A stretch of DNA of 64,000 nt from Bdellovibrionales bacterium (GCA_041739665.1 JBGSNK010000108.1:3918-67917); one strand, 5' to 3'. Shown: positions 1 to 9,698, counted from the stretch's first letter. Notes: generated from the letters alone by a model not told the origin. Translations and numbers: made by a program.

Positions 1-25
1 ATGTACTAAGGTCGTCGCTTTTTCA

Positions 26-55
26 GGTCACCAACGGGTCACCATTTGGTCACCA
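26..55. repeat. Three direct copies of GGTCACCA phased at exactly 11 bp (starts 26, 37, 48)
   Basis: Read directly: caGGTCACCAacgGGTCACCAtttGGTCACCAcat. The core GGTCACC is itself a GGTNACC palindrome. It lies downstream of the 3' end of the minus-strand tRNA-Pro, at the window edge. Confidence 0.8.
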
Positions 56-175
56 CATGATGAAATAAACCGAAATTTTGTGAAATACTCTTCGATTTCT
101 TTTTCTCAAATCAAATCAGGCAGGTGCCTGACTTTACTTTACATTTTTTAATGCTTATTTTTTTAGAAGGAAAAT

Positions 176-252
<77 letters not shown>

Positions 253-360
253 AATCATATATGAATTCGAACAAACAGTTATGGGCAAATGACCAAACAA
301 AGTCAATCTTTGTCGCGAGGGCTTTTGGGGGCCCGTTAGTGCTGGGTTTATAGGCGTGTG

Positions 361-1650
361 CTATTGTCGGGCTCGGGGGCGTAAGCTTTTAGTTGGTGCG
401 AAGGGCCTAAGTTCTGGGTGTGATTGACCACCTGGAGGCGCACAAGGGTCGTCAGTAGAAGGTGCTATTTGCCCCTGGCAGCTGGGGTTGTTGGCTTGAT
501 TGGCTGGAGGTTCAAAGGAGTTGCTTGTCATGCAGCGGCGTATAGATAGCATATAATCTTTTGTTTCTTTCACATCTTCGAGTTTTCCAGTTTTTGGATT
601 CTTAGTAGTACTCAGTTTTTTACACCACTGTTGGATAGAGGGCTTGTCACCGTTGGCTGCGGCTAACAATGTGGCGGGGCCACGGTTGTAACTACCAGCA
701 AGCGTTGCTAAATAGCCAATCATGTCTTTGCTAGGTTCAAATTTATCAATATTCACTTCGGCGTTGGTGTTGATCATTTTTTGCTTAAGGTAGAACATAT
801 TCATCGCCACCACCCAGGCCGGTTCTTTGAGCATGTCTTCAAAGTTTTCTGGTGGTAACAAATCATCCCCTTTGGGCCTGTGGCCGCGCGGGGTATTGGG
901 GAACATTGTTTTCAAGCGTGAACTGTCATCGCGAGAGTAATGTCGGTTTACGTCGTAGAGGTAGGTGATCATGTTGTCGTAAATGGGTTTATAGCGCGCA
1001 TGATGAGTGAGTATATTGCCGCAATTCTCGAGACTCTTATCGAGTGCTTCGGCTGTCAACTGGCGGTTGAGAATGCCTTCACGCTGTCGAAACTGTGTGC
1101 AGCGCATGTACAAATTGTCTTTACCTTGGTAGTTTATCATATGATCGTAACCAAGCTTTTGATATTCTTGATAATCTTTTTCCATTTTCAGAATAGTATT
1201 TATATCTTTACGTAAGGTGGTATAGGTGTCAGCGGTGAATTGGGCGATGCCACGAGCACCGGCATTTGAAGTGGCATTGGGATCAAATTGGGATTCGCGA
1301 AACATCACACAGGCAGTCAGGGCATAGGGCATCTGAAAATGTTGTGCGCCCAGTTCGATCATTGGTTGATATAAAGTTTGAAACTCTTTAAGACGTGCTG
1401 CACGTTTGCGTTTTTCTGTATTACTCACACCAGTTGAAATATGACAGGCAAAGTACTGTTGTAGTTCTTCTTTGCTTTTCAGAGCAGAGGCTAGGCCCGT
1501 GCCCATGCTATCAAGTGCTTTTCCAATTTTCGAATTTTCAAAAGTGCCAACTCCACTGCAGTCTTCATTGAAGCACTCATCTGTAAAAGACAAAGAGCTG
1601 GTCAAAAGGAGAGTAAAAAATAATGAGAAAAACAATATCGACCTACCCAT
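361..1650 (-). CDS. Secreted lytic transglycosylase (SLT-domain) protein
   Basis: Signal peptide MGRSILFFSLFFTLLLTSSLSF. SLT-type motifs occur in the expected order (..FRESQFDP.., ..GARGIAQFT.., ..GSYNRGP..). Pro-rich C-terminal tail. Confidence 0.75.
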   Translation of the reverse strand: MGRSILFFSLFFTLLLTSSLSFTDECFNEDCSGVGTFENSKIGKALDSMGTGLASALKSKEELQQYFACHISTGVSNTEKRKRAARLKEFQTLYQPMIELGAQHFQMPYALTACVMFRESQFDPNATSNAGARGIAQFTADTYTTLRKDINTILKMEKDYQEYQKLGYDHMINYQGKDNLYMRCTQFRQREGILNRQLTAEALDKSLENCGNILTHHARYKPIYDNMITYLYDVNRHYSRDDSSRLKTMFPNTPRGHRPKGDDLLPPENFEDMLKEPAWVVAMNMFYLKQKMINTNAEVNIDKFEPSKDMIGYLATLAGSYNRGPATLLAAANGDKPSIQQWCKKLSTTKNPKTGKLEDVKETKDYMLSIRRCMTSNSFEPPANQANNPSCQGQIAPSTDDPCAPPGGQSHPELRPFAPTKSLRPRARQ

Positions 1651-1781
1651 TCGTTTAAGAGTATAAACTTAATTTTTATCGGCCTCTGGGCTGTGTTTCT
1701 TTACTTTGCGCCACAAAAGTCTTAATCCTTAAGTCGTAGCTCTATTACGATCTACCGCTAAAGGTCCTAAGGGTCAAATTT

Positions 1782-3242
1782 TTGGGGCCAAGACTAGGGG
1801 ATAATCCCTTTGTCACAGATGTTATGGGTTTTATAATGGAGGCAGTGATACAGCAGTTTAAGGTTATCAGCATTCTTGTTTTTCTCTCCTCTTTAGCCTT
1901 AGCCCAAGAAGAGGCGCCAAAGTTTGCTCTTCTCCCCAAAGACGTTTACTTCCAACCCGGTGGTGGCGTTCGTGTTCGCTATGACAATTTGCGAGCTGCG
2001 ACTGGTGGGGCTTTCCCCGCAGATGAGTCAGAAGCACAACTCACTCACCGTGCCCAAATTGATTTGAGTCTTTACAAGGGCGAATACTTTGAAACTCATT
2101 TTAGACTTATCAACTTTGCCAAGTGGGGTGCTGGAGGTGCGGTCAACAGTTTGCCTGGACAACCCGACGCATTTGATCGCTCAAACAGCTTGCTGGTTAA
2201 CCAAGCCTATGCGCGTTGGAAGATTAACGAGTCTATGGGGATGCGTTTTGGGCGCGCCCCTCTACACATTGGTTTAGGCTACACCTACGGGAGCAACGAG
2301 TGGTTTGACATCCCATACTCATTTGATCAATTTGAGGTCAGTTGGGATTGGCCCGTTCTCAAGGCCTCATTAATTGCGGCGCAAGTTTTAGATCTTTCAA
2401 AAGTTGAAGGTGAAACCTTGAGCCAAAATCCCAGTGAAGCCCACATTGTTTTTAGTTTTGATATCAAAGATGTTCACGAAGCTGTAAGTCAGGCCAATTT
2501 TAGTTTGATTCAAGTCAACAGAGACTTGGGTTCACCCGACCAGGGGACCACCGTACTCGATGGACTCAACATGCAACGCGTGGCCTTTGATGCCGAGATC
2601 AAAGGAAAGAATATTTTCGCACAGGGCTTTTTTACTTTCGTTACGGGAGAAGAGAGAATTGCTCCGATCAATCAAGTCTTGGACGTTGATAGAAGACAAA
2701 TCAACCAGATGGCCTATGATTTTAAATTAGGCTACACATTTACGGAGTCCAACAACTTACGTTTTTGGGCCGGCTATCACATGGATAGCGGCGATAGTGA
2801 AATTGGAGTGGGTAACTCAAAGTCCTTTGATAGCTTTTATTACGAAGTCTACGGCCAAGCTGGTTTGATGGATTTATTGCGTTGGGGAAATTTAAACTTT
2901 ATGCGCGCAGGACTTGATGTGGATCTTTCGCAAAATTTTAAAGTGGGTCTTGAGTACTTAGTCTTTAATAAGACCGAAGCCGCAGACAATTTAAGCTTTG
3001 GCCAAGCTGGTCGATTCTTAAAGACTCGAATTGAGAACGGAGACCTCACCTTGGGGGATAGTCGCGAAGTGGGCCAAGAGATTGACCTCTGGGCAGACTG
3101 GAACTTTAAAAGTGGCGTCAAAGTGCGCACCACCTTGAGTAGCTTTATGCCAGGCGCTGCATTTGATCAGTCGACCTCTACGGGAAGTTTGCCCAACAGC
3201 ACAATTTTCCAATTTTTATCTCAAGTGGGCTACTTTTTTTAA
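1782..3242 (+). CDS. Outer-membrane beta-barrel (porin-like) protein; family uncertain
   Basis: Signal peptide ending ..SSLALAQEE, so the true start is probably ATG 1824 or 1836. Amphipathic G/Y/F/W-rich strand pattern. Aromatic C-terminus ..QVGYFF, typical of OM barrels. Confidence 0.55.
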   Translation: MGPRLGDNPFVTDVMGFIMEAVIQQFKVISILVFLSSLALAQEEAPKFALLPKDVYFQPGGGVRVRYDNLRAATGGAFPADESEAQLTHRAQIDLSLYKGEYFETHFRLINFAKWGAGGAVNSLPGQPDAFDRSNSLLVNQAYARWKINESMGMRFGRAPLHIGLGYTYGSNEWFDIPYSFDQFEVSWDWPVLKASLIAAQVLDLSKVEGETLSQNPSEAHIVFSFDIKDVHEAVSQANFSLIQVNRDLGSPDQGTTVLDGLNMQRVAFDAEIKGKNIFAQGFFTFVTGEERIAPINQVLDVDRRQINQMAYDFKLGYTFTESNNLRFWAGYHMDSGDSEIGVGNSKSFDSFYYEVYGQAGLMDLLRWGNLNFMRAGLDVDLSQNFKVGLEYLVFNKTEAADNLSFGQAGRFLKTRIENGDLTLGDSREVGQEIDLWADWNFKSGVKVRTTLSSFMPGAAFDQSTSTGSLPNSTIFQFLSQVGYFF

Positions 3243-3920
3243 ATGATAGCCAAAATCCAAAATACAATTCAGCAACTGCCGCCCTTGCTTCTCGGGTTTA
3301 TTGTCATCGTGGTGGCACTCATAGCTTTTCGCTTTTACGACCCACCCAAAACCTTGTGTGATGTACAAGTGGAAGCCGTACAAAAACGTTTGATTAATGG
3401 TTTTTATAGAAGCTTGGGCAATAACAGGTACTCTCAGGCTGCGGCTTTAGAGGAGGCGCAAAGAAAGGCAGACGATTTTTCTCGCAGTAGTTTAGAGACC
3501 TCTGTTCTCGAAGCCTTTAATTTTTGTTTGAGGTCCAATTCTCCAGGTGGTTGCTTTGATATGTTTTCGCGCTTGGATTTTTTTGAAAAACAAATTCGCA
3601 CTATTCCTACAGAGTGTGGTGAGAGCCCCGCCACTGAATCTTTGCGCAAGGCCTCTGAAAAAGCTTTGGGTTTGTTTTTGCGCCTTGCTTGGGGTGATGA
3701 TGCTCCTAACAATAAATACAATATCACCAGCTGGCTTGACACTCAGGACCTTGGAATTTATTGCCGCCTAAAACGCCAATACGTACGCCTTTTTGGTAAA
3801 GAGCAGTTGAATTCCCTGGCGTGGTCGCAAATCCCCTTGTTACCAGGGGCAAAAGATATCACCCGCAAACAGATGGGGGAAAGGTCTTTGATGTCCTACC
3901 CCTGTACGGGACTTTACTAA
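3243..3920 (+). CDS. Membrane-anchored Cys-containing hypothetical protein, coupled to the porin-like gene
   Basis: ATG 3243 directly follows the porin stop (TAA 3240-3242). One N-terminal TM helix (LLLGFIVIVVALIAF). No recognisable domain. Confidence 0.55.
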   Translation: MIAKIQNTIQQLPPLLLGFIVIVVALIAFRFYDPPKTLCDVQVEAVQKRLINGFYRSLGNNRYSQAAALEEAQRKADDFSRSSLETSVLEAFNFCLRSNSPGGCFDMFSRLDFFEKQIRTIPTECGESPATESLRKASEKALGLFLRLAWGDDAPNNKYNITSWLDTQDLGIYCRLKRQYVRLFGKEQLNSLAWSQIPLLPGAKDITRKQMGERSLMSYPCTGLY

Positions 3921-3989
3921 AAAGTGCCCGGATTCAAATTTTGTGTGAAAAGAAAACGTTTACTACGCACTCTTTGCTTCCATAATGCT

Positions 3990-4066
3990 GCAAAAAAAGA
4001 ACCTGGTACCTTTTTGTGACCAACTTGGTGCCTTTTAGCAAAAAAGAACCAGGTACTTTTTTGTGA
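3990..4066. repeat. Two ~29-30 nt direct repeats (3990-4019 and 4038-4066), each an A-run/GAACC(T/A)GGTAC/T-run unit
   Basis: gcAAAAAAAgaacctggtaccTTTTTgtga versus gcAAAAAAgaaccaggtacTTTTTTgtga. They sit exactly between convergent genes. The A/T runs can pair into weak bidirectional hairpins. Confidence 0.7.
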
Positions 4067-4067
4067 G

Positions 4068-4313
4068 TTAGATGGAGAGCAGTTGAAGGTCTTGCAGTTG
4101 CCAGTGACAGGCCCTTTCTTTTTCGACCTTTAAATAGCCCACCATTCTCCACCGGTTGTCTTGCTTGCTCTCGATTAAAGCTGGAGATTGGGTGTACCAG
4201 GGTTCGTTCACCAATTGCCATTCCAGTGGGTTGAGACCAAAATCAGACAATTGAGCCAATAGATTTTGGGCTGTAAGTTGAGCTTGGTGTTCATTGTCGT
4301 ATTCTAATTCCAT
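4068..4313 (-). CDS. Small acidic hypothetical protein (81 aa)
   Basis: AGGAGG (4318-4323, minus strand) lies 4 nt upstream of the ATG. No recognisable motif. Confidence 0.55.
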   Translation of the reverse strand: MELEYDNEHQAQLTAQNLLAQLSDFGLNPLEWQLVNEPWYTQSPALIESKQDNRWRMVGYLKVEKERACHWQLQDLQLLSI

Positions 4314-4391
4314 GATTCCTCCTGTTTTTCGGATAAAGACAGGAAGAGCAAATTGGATTCCGGACGGAGCTCGAGGAAAAGAGCTTTAGGC

Positions 4392-4416
4392 AAAAAAAAT
4401 CCGGTATTGAACCGGA
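4392..4416 (-). terminator. Rho-independent terminator downstream of rpsR
   Basis: On the minus strand: TCCGGT-tcaat-ACCGGA followed by T8. Confidence 0.75.
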
Positions 4417-4476
4417 CTTGAGTTCTCCCTGGGCTTTTTGGGCTCTAGGGGGAGTTTTCAACAGAATGAAAAGAAA

Positions 4477-4758
4477 TCAATCCATAGAAAAAGGCTGGGG
4501 AGAAATCATCTCGGGGTAACCCAAGCTGTCATAGGCAAAAGCACCAACCGGCAAAAGGCTGAGATTACGAGCCTTTTTAATGGCTTTGGCCAGCTTCTTT
4601 TGCTGGTTGAGGCTCAATTTGCTGATCCGGGCCGGAGTGATTTTGCCACCTTCAGAGATAAACTTAGAAAGGGTCACAGGGTCTTTGTAGTCAAAGAAAT
4701 GATCACCGTTAAATTCGGGGCGATACTTTGAACGACGTCCCTTTTTGAATAATGCCAT
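4477..4758 (-). CDS. rpsR: 30S ribosomal protein S18
   Basis: ..FFDYKDPVTLSKFISEGGKITPARISKLS..QQKKLAKAIKKARNLSLLP.. is colinear with the canonical S18 signature. Confidence 0.92.
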   Translation of the reverse strand: MALFKKGRRSKYRPEFNGDHFFDYKDPVTLSKFISEGGKITPARISKLSLNQQKKLAKAIKKARNLSLLPVGAFAYDSLGYPEMISPQPFSMD

Positions 4759-4861
4759 GTAAAAACCTCGCGTCTTAATGAAGTTGGGGTTTTACGACAA
4801 AATGGGGTTGCCATCAAGTGTCTTTTTCAATATACAAGATCCTTTGAAGATGGAGGACATT

Positions 4862-5161
4862 ATGGCTCGTTGTGAGTTAACTGGTAAATCGCCTGTGGTC
4901 AAAAATCTGGTGAGCCACTCAAATATCAAAACTAAGTCTGTGGCAATGCCAAATGTCCAGAAAAAACGGATATATAGCCCAACCTTGGATCAATCTGTGA
5001 CCCTCAAGGTTGCCACAAGCACTTTGAAGTCCATGGAGCACTTTGGTGGATTTGACCGCTACATCTTAAAACAGCCGTCCGAGACCCTTTCCAAAAGAGC
5101 CTTGGCTGTTCAGAATCGCATCCGCCGCAAAATCTCTAAACCTGCAAAACCTAAAGCTTAA
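4862..5161 (+). CDS. rpmB: 50S ribosomal protein L28 (with basic C-terminal extension)
   Basis: MARCELTGKSPVVKNLVSHSNIKTK.. matches the L28 N-terminal signature. Start moved from the ORF-track 4778 to ATG 4862. Confidence 0.9.
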   Translation: MARCELTGKSPVVKNLVSHSNIKTKSVAMPNVQKKRIYSPTLDQSVTLKVATSTLKSMEHFGGFDRYILKQPSETLSKRALAVQNRIRRKISKPAKPKA

Positions 5162-5171
5162 GGTGAATTTT

Positions 5172-5477
5172 ATGCAAAAACTCAAGATCAAAAATGGCGA
5201 CACAGTTCAAGTTATCACTGGCGACGACAGAGGCAAAACGGGCAACGTTTTAAAAATCGACCCTTATGCCATGAAAATCCAAGTTGCAGGAGTTCGCATC
5301 CAAACCAAGCTGAACAAACGCGAAAAAACTCTTTATAAGGAAGAGGGTTGGTTGGACTACTCTAACGTCAAATTGTCCTCGGCTCCTAAAAAGAAAACCG
5401 CTAAGAAAAAGACGGCAAAAAAAGCCACCAAGAAAAAAGCGACCGCAACTGCGGATGATGCCACGGCTGGTGCCTAA
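5172..5477 (+). CDS. KOW-domain protein, ribosomal protein L24-like, with Lys/Ala-rich tail
   Basis: KIKNGDTVQVITGDDRGKTGNVLKI.. is an L24-type KOW motif. ..YSNVKL resembles the L24 C-terminal ..SNV.. motif. Tail is PKKKTAKKKTAKKATKKKA. AAGGTG lies 6 nt upstream of ATG 5172. Confidence 0.55.
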   Translation: MQKLKIKNGDTVQVITGDDRGKTGNVLKIDPYAMKIQVAGVRIQTKLNKREKTLYKEEGWLDYSNVKLSSAPKKKTAKKKTAKKATKKKATATADDATAGA

Positions 5478-6360
5478 CTCTTCCAGAGAAAAAAATGATC
5501 AGTTCCGGGTGTCGTTGCTCCCAATGACATCTGTGGACGACCCCAAAATTAATATACAAACCATAAAAAAAGCCATCGCAGGTTTGAGTTCGGACGTACA
5601 AATGCTCTGTTTGCCGGAGAATAGTTTGTATTTGAATCTAGGTAAGACTCCCATCCCAAAAGAAAAAGCCTTTAGCGAAAAATCCCCAGAAATCCAAGAG
5701 CTGCAAGAGATCTGTCAAAAAAAGAAACTAAACTTACACATGGGCGGAATTCCCTGGTGGTACAAGGGCGAAGTTTGCAATGAAGCACTGTTAATCAAAA
5801 AAAATGGTGAGCTTGTTGAAACCTACGAAAAGATGCACTTGTTTGATGTGAATCTCGGGCCAGGACTTGAAATCTCCGAATCTAAGTCCTATCGACCAGG
5901 ACATAGGTTCAATATTTTTGATATCGATGGTTGGCGCTTTGCAACCTGCATTTGTTATGACCTTCGTTTTCCCGAAATCTTTTTGCACTATGTAGAAGAA
6001 CACGATGTTGACACTTTTTTAGTGCCAGCGGCCTTCACAACTAAGACTGGTGAGATTCATTGGAAGTCCTTGCTCTTGGCTCGTGCCATCGAGACTCAGT
6101 GTTACGTTTTGGCGGCAGCCCAAGTGGGTTATCACCGCAATGGCGAAAACTTGCGTAAAAGTTGGGGACAAAGCCTCGCCATTGGTCCATGGGGCGATGT
6201 ATTGCATGAGACAGCCGATTATCGTGATTTTTTAGACTCAGGATCTGTGCAGCATCTGCCGATAACATTAACAATGTTTAGGGAAAAAATTGAAAGTTAC
6301 CGTCAGTCAGTTCCAGTTCAAGACCACCGTCGCTTTCACATGGGGCTTGTAAAGAAATGA
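5455..6360 (+). CDS. Carbon-nitrogen hydrolase (nitrilase superfamily, Nit/omega-amidase-like)
   Basis: FRVSLLPM.. N-terminal strand, ..EKMHLFD.., and the catalytic Cys context ..ATCICYDLRFPE.. Confidence 0.8.
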   Translation: MMPRLVPNSSREKNDQFRVSLLPMTSVDDPKINIQTIKKAIAGLSSDVQMLCLPENSLYLNLGKTPIPKEKAFSEKSPEIQELQEICQKKKLNLHMGGIPWWYKGEVCNEALLIKKNGELVETYEKMHLFDVNLGPGLEISESKSYRPGHRFNIFDIDGWRFATCICYDLRFPEIFLHYVEEHDVDTFLVPAAFTTKTGEIHWKSLLLARAIETQCYVLAAAQVGYHRNGENLRKSWGQSLAIGPWGDVLHETADYRDFLDSGSVQHLPITLTMFREKIESYRQSVPVQDHRRFHMGLVKK

Positions 6361-6716
6361 AAAACACACTTTGTTTTTTAATTTTGATAATCAGCATGAA
6401 TGTGGCCAAAGCTGAATTCGTGGTCAAAGAGTCTGCCCTCCCTGAAGAGGGTGAGGAAGTGGTCATCGACTTGAGTTACCTTGCTGGCATTCAGTTTGAA
6501 GACCCTCATTTTAGTCCCCCTCAACCCGAGCGCGAGATCGCAAGCGCGGGAGACGATGAGAAGAGCACGTTTTGGGGAAGTCAAAACAACACTATAGAGT
6601 GGCAAGGTGGGCAGATCCAAATTTTAAAGGATATTCCCTACAGTTATCCTCAGCTATCGCGCAATACCATTGAAGCCCAGGTGCTTGATGAGCTCAAAAA
6701 AGAGCAAAAAGAATAA
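6357..6716 (+). CDS. Small secreted acidic hypothetical protein
   Basis: The ATG overlaps the hydrolase stop (ATGA 6357-6360). Signal peptide MKNTLCFLILIISMNVAKA. No family recognised. Confidence 0.55.
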   Translation: MKNTLCFLILIISMNVAKAEFVVKESALPEEGEEVVIDLSYLAGIQFEDPHFSPPQPEREIASAGDDEKSTFWGSQNNTIEWQGGQIQILKDIPYSYPQLSRNTIEAQVLDELKKEQKE

Positions 6717-6846
6717 TTTTTTTCTCCTCCCACTTCCGCTGCGGAAGTGATGTCCTTCGGGCTTTGGCTACCGACGCCTTGAAATGTCTATTGGTTTTCA
6801 ATATCTTCTTACTTGATTGGAAATGTTTTTTGCAGAGAGGTGAATT

Positions 6847-8544
6847 GTGAGCACTGAGATTCAACGTGAAGAAATGGAAGTTGATGTTTTGATTGTGGGC
6901 GGAGGCTCTGCGGGACTCTCGGCTGCCATTAAGTTTCAACAGCTGGTGCAAGCTCACAACGAAACAAACTCGGACAATCCCGTGGAGCCAATGGTTGTGG
7001 TCCTTGAAAAAGCATCCGAAGTGGGAGCCCACTCTTTATCGGGTGCGGTGATGAACCCTTCGGCTTTAGAAGACTTGATCCCTGACTATAAAGAAAAAGG
7101 TTGCCCTATCCTAAGTGAAGTTACTAAAGAGGCGGTCTATTATCTGGGTGACGATTATCAAGTCAAAGCCCCCATCTTGCCGCCCCCTTTTAAAAACCAC
7201 GGAAATAAAGTGATTTCTATCTCTCAATTCAATCGTTGGCTAGGAACTCAAGCCGAAGAAATGGGTGTGCATGTGTTCGCAGGGTTTTCGGCAGTGGAAG
7301 CCCTGTATGAGGGCGAAAAGGTTTGTGGTGTACGCACCGGTGATAGAGGTTTGGATAAAGACGGAAATCCCAAAGACAACTTTGAGCCCGGCATGATTAT
7401 CAAAGCGGGGGTGACCATCTTTGCCGACGGCACTCGTAGCCCTATTTTTAAAAGAGTGAGCGAAAATCTGAATTTAAGAGAGGGCAAAAATCCAGAAGTT
7501 TTTGAGCTTGGAGTTAAAGAGGTCATTCAATTGCCGAAAGGCAAAGGTGTCACGGGTGAAGTGATTCACACTTTAGGTTTTCCCTTGCGTAAAGGAATTG
7601 GCGGTACTTTCATTTACGGCCTTCCCGACGATCAGATCATAGTGGGCCTGTGTGCTTACCTGGATACTGAAGATCCTCTACTCGATCCCCATCGCGAGTT
7701 GCAAAAATTAAAAACCCATCCCTTCTTTCGCAAAAAACTTGAGGGCGGAGAGGTCATTGGCTACGGCGGGAAAACTTTGCCTGCTGGTGGTTGGTACTCC
7801 ATGCCCAAGCTTTATCATCACGGTATGATGGTCTGCGGAGATGCGGCCAGCATGGTGGATGTGAAAAAACTCAAAGGGGTTCACCTGGCTATGAAGTCAG
7901 GTGCCCTAGCCGGTGAAACAGCTTTTGGCGCCTATCTCAAGGGTGATTACTCCCAAGGTACTTTGGAGACCTACGATCAAAAGATCCAAAACTCTTTTGT
8001 CAAAGAGGAACTCTGGCAAACCCGTAACTTTCACCAGACAATTTCCAAGGGGGTCTTTGCCTCAGCCCCTGAAATTGCTTTGCAAGAGATCACGGGTGGA
8101 AGAGGTCTCTTCGACAATATGCTCATAGAGCACAAGGACTACGAGACCACCTTGCCGGTTTTAGATGTGTGGGGCGTAGAAGGCCTCAATCACAAGGACA
8201 ACCAGTTGCCAGAGCTCGACAACAAGCTCTTTTTTGATAAACTGAGCTCGGTCTATATGACTGGGACCATGCACGACGAGGACTCTCCCAACCACTTGAA
8301 GCTACAAGATGGGCGAATTTGCCAAGATGTGTGTTTTCCCAAGTACAAATCACCTTGCAACCACTTTTGTCCGGCTAATGTCTACGAGATGATAGAAGAC
8401 GACCAGGCGCCAGAAAAGAAAAAGTTACAGATCAACTACACCAACTGCATCCATTGCCAAACTTGTGATATTAAATGTCCATTCAACAATATTGATTGGA
8501 CCTTACCAGAGGGTGGTGGGGGACCAAACTACCAAATCATGTAA
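6847..8544 (+). CDS. Electron-transfer flavoprotein:ubiquinone oxidoreductase (ETF-QO)
   Basis: GTG start. FAD fold VLIVGGGSAGLSAA. C-terminal 4Fe-4S motif CIHCQTCDIKCP and ..WTLPEGGGGPNY. Confidence 0.9.
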   Translation: MSTEIQREEMEVDVLIVGGGSAGLSAAIKFQQLVQAHNETNSDNPVEPMVVVLEKASEVGAHSLSGAVMNPSALEDLIPDYKEKGCPILSEVTKEAVYYLGDDYQVKAPILPPPFKNHGNKVISISQFNRWLGTQAEEMGVHVFAGFSAVEALYEGEKVCGVRTGDRGLDKDGNPKDNFEPGMIIKAGVTIFADGTRSPIFKRVSENLNLREGKNPEVFELGVKEVIQLPKGKGVTGEVIHTLGFPLRKGIGGTFIYGLPDDQIIVGLCAYLDTEDPLLDPHRELQKLKTHPFFRKKLEGGEVIGYGGKTLPAGGWYSMPKLYHHGMMVCGDAASMVDVKKLKGVHLAMKSGALAGETAFGAYLKGDYSQGTLETYDQKIQNSFVKEELWQTRNFHQTISKGVFASAPEIALQEITGGRGLFDNMLIEHKDYETTLPVLDVWGVEGLNHKDNQLPELDNKLFFDKLSSVYMTGTMHDEDSPNHLKLQDGRICQDVCFPKYKSPCNHFCPANVYEMIEDDQAPEKKKLQINYTNCIHCQTCDIKCPFNNIDWTLPEGGGGPNYQIM

Positions 8545-8555
8545 AAAAGTAGGTT

Positions 8556-9689
8556 TTGATGCCCCAGTTTTATGCCTCCACATCAAGAGGATTAAGTGAA
8601 CCACTGGCCGAGGAAATTCGTGAAATGGGGATCAAGGTGGGGCAGGCCGACAAACAGGGCTGCTCTTTTACTGGCTCGTGGTCTGATTGTGCCAAGGTCA
8701 ATTTGCGTTCGCGCATTGCCACCCGCGTGGCCCTACCCATCATGGATTTCCCTGCCTATAAAATTGAAGAGCTTTACGACAATGTGATGAAGCATGACTT
8801 TACTAAATACCTAACTCCCCAAATGACCTTTTCCATCAAAGCCAAAATTAACGACTGCGCTATTAAAGATCAACGTATGGTGGCAATGAAGATCAAAGAC
8901 GGCATTGCCGATCAGTTCACGCAAAAATACGGAAGTCGTCCCAGTGTGGACAAGAAACTTCCCAGTGTTCGCTTTTTTGTTTTTGGTTCGCGCAACGAGT
9001 ACCGCTTGTCTGTAGATACCTCTGGACACTCTCTGAGCGCTCGTGGTTATCGCGAAGAGAGTGTGGAGGCTCCCATGCGTGAGCATGTGGCTGCCGGCCT
9101 CTTGCGTTTGAGTGGTTGGAAAAAGGACATTCCTATTGTTGACCCCATGTGTGGCTCGGGCACTATTCTTATCGAGGCAGCATTAATGTTAAAAAATATA
9201 GCGCCGGGCACTTTTCACAAAAAGTTTTCTTTTCAACACTTTGAGCATATCTCTCCCGATCTTTTTGACCAAGAAATTGAAAAAGTGTTGAATGAGGAAA
9301 CTGAAGGCCCCGACTTTAAACTCTACGGTTTTGATAAAATGGGGGACTGCATTCGCGCCGCTAAAAAGAACGCAGAAGACGCCGGTGTGGAAGACATGAT
9401 TATCTTTGAGAGAGGCGACGCCCGTGACCTGGCACCACCTGTTGAGAAAGGTGTGATCATGACCAATCCGCCCTATGGAATCCGTTTGGGCGATGAGTTT
9501 TTTCTAGAAGAGCTATATCGCAGCTTCTCCCACAATCTTAAAACGAAGTACGCCGGTTGGGAGGCCTTTATTTTATCGGGCGATCCCAAATGGACGCGAT
9601 TTTTGCAAATGAAGGCCGAGAAGCGCCACCCTGTGGATAATGGTGGTGTAGACTGTCGTTGGATCCAATACAAAATCAATAAAGCCTAA
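8556..9689 (+). CDS. THUMP-domain class I SAM-dependent RNA methyltransferase (RlmL/YpsC-like)
   Basis: SAM-binding VDPMCGSGTILIEA and catalytic TNPPYG, preceded by a THUMP-like N-terminal half. ATG at 8559 is an alternative start. Confidence 0.8.
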   Translation: MMPQFYASTSRGLSEPLAEEIREMGIKVGQADKQGCSFTGSWSDCAKVNLRSRIATRVALPIMDFPAYKIEELYDNVMKHDFTKYLTPQMTFSIKAKINDCAIKDQRMVAMKIKDGIADQFTQKYGSRPSVDKKLPSVRFFVFGSRNEYRLSVDTSGHSLSARGYREESVEAPMREHVAAGLLRLSGWKKDIPIVDPMCGSGTILIEAALMLKNIAPGTFHKKFSFQHFEHISPDLFDQEIEKVLNEETEGPDFKLYGFDKMGDCIRAAKKNAEDAGVEDMIIFERGDARDLAPPVEKGVIMTNPPYGIRLGDEFFLEELYRSFSHNLKTKYAGWEAFILSGDPKWTRFLQMKAEKRHPVDNGGVDCRWIQYKINKA

Positions 9690-9698
9690 ACCAATTCG

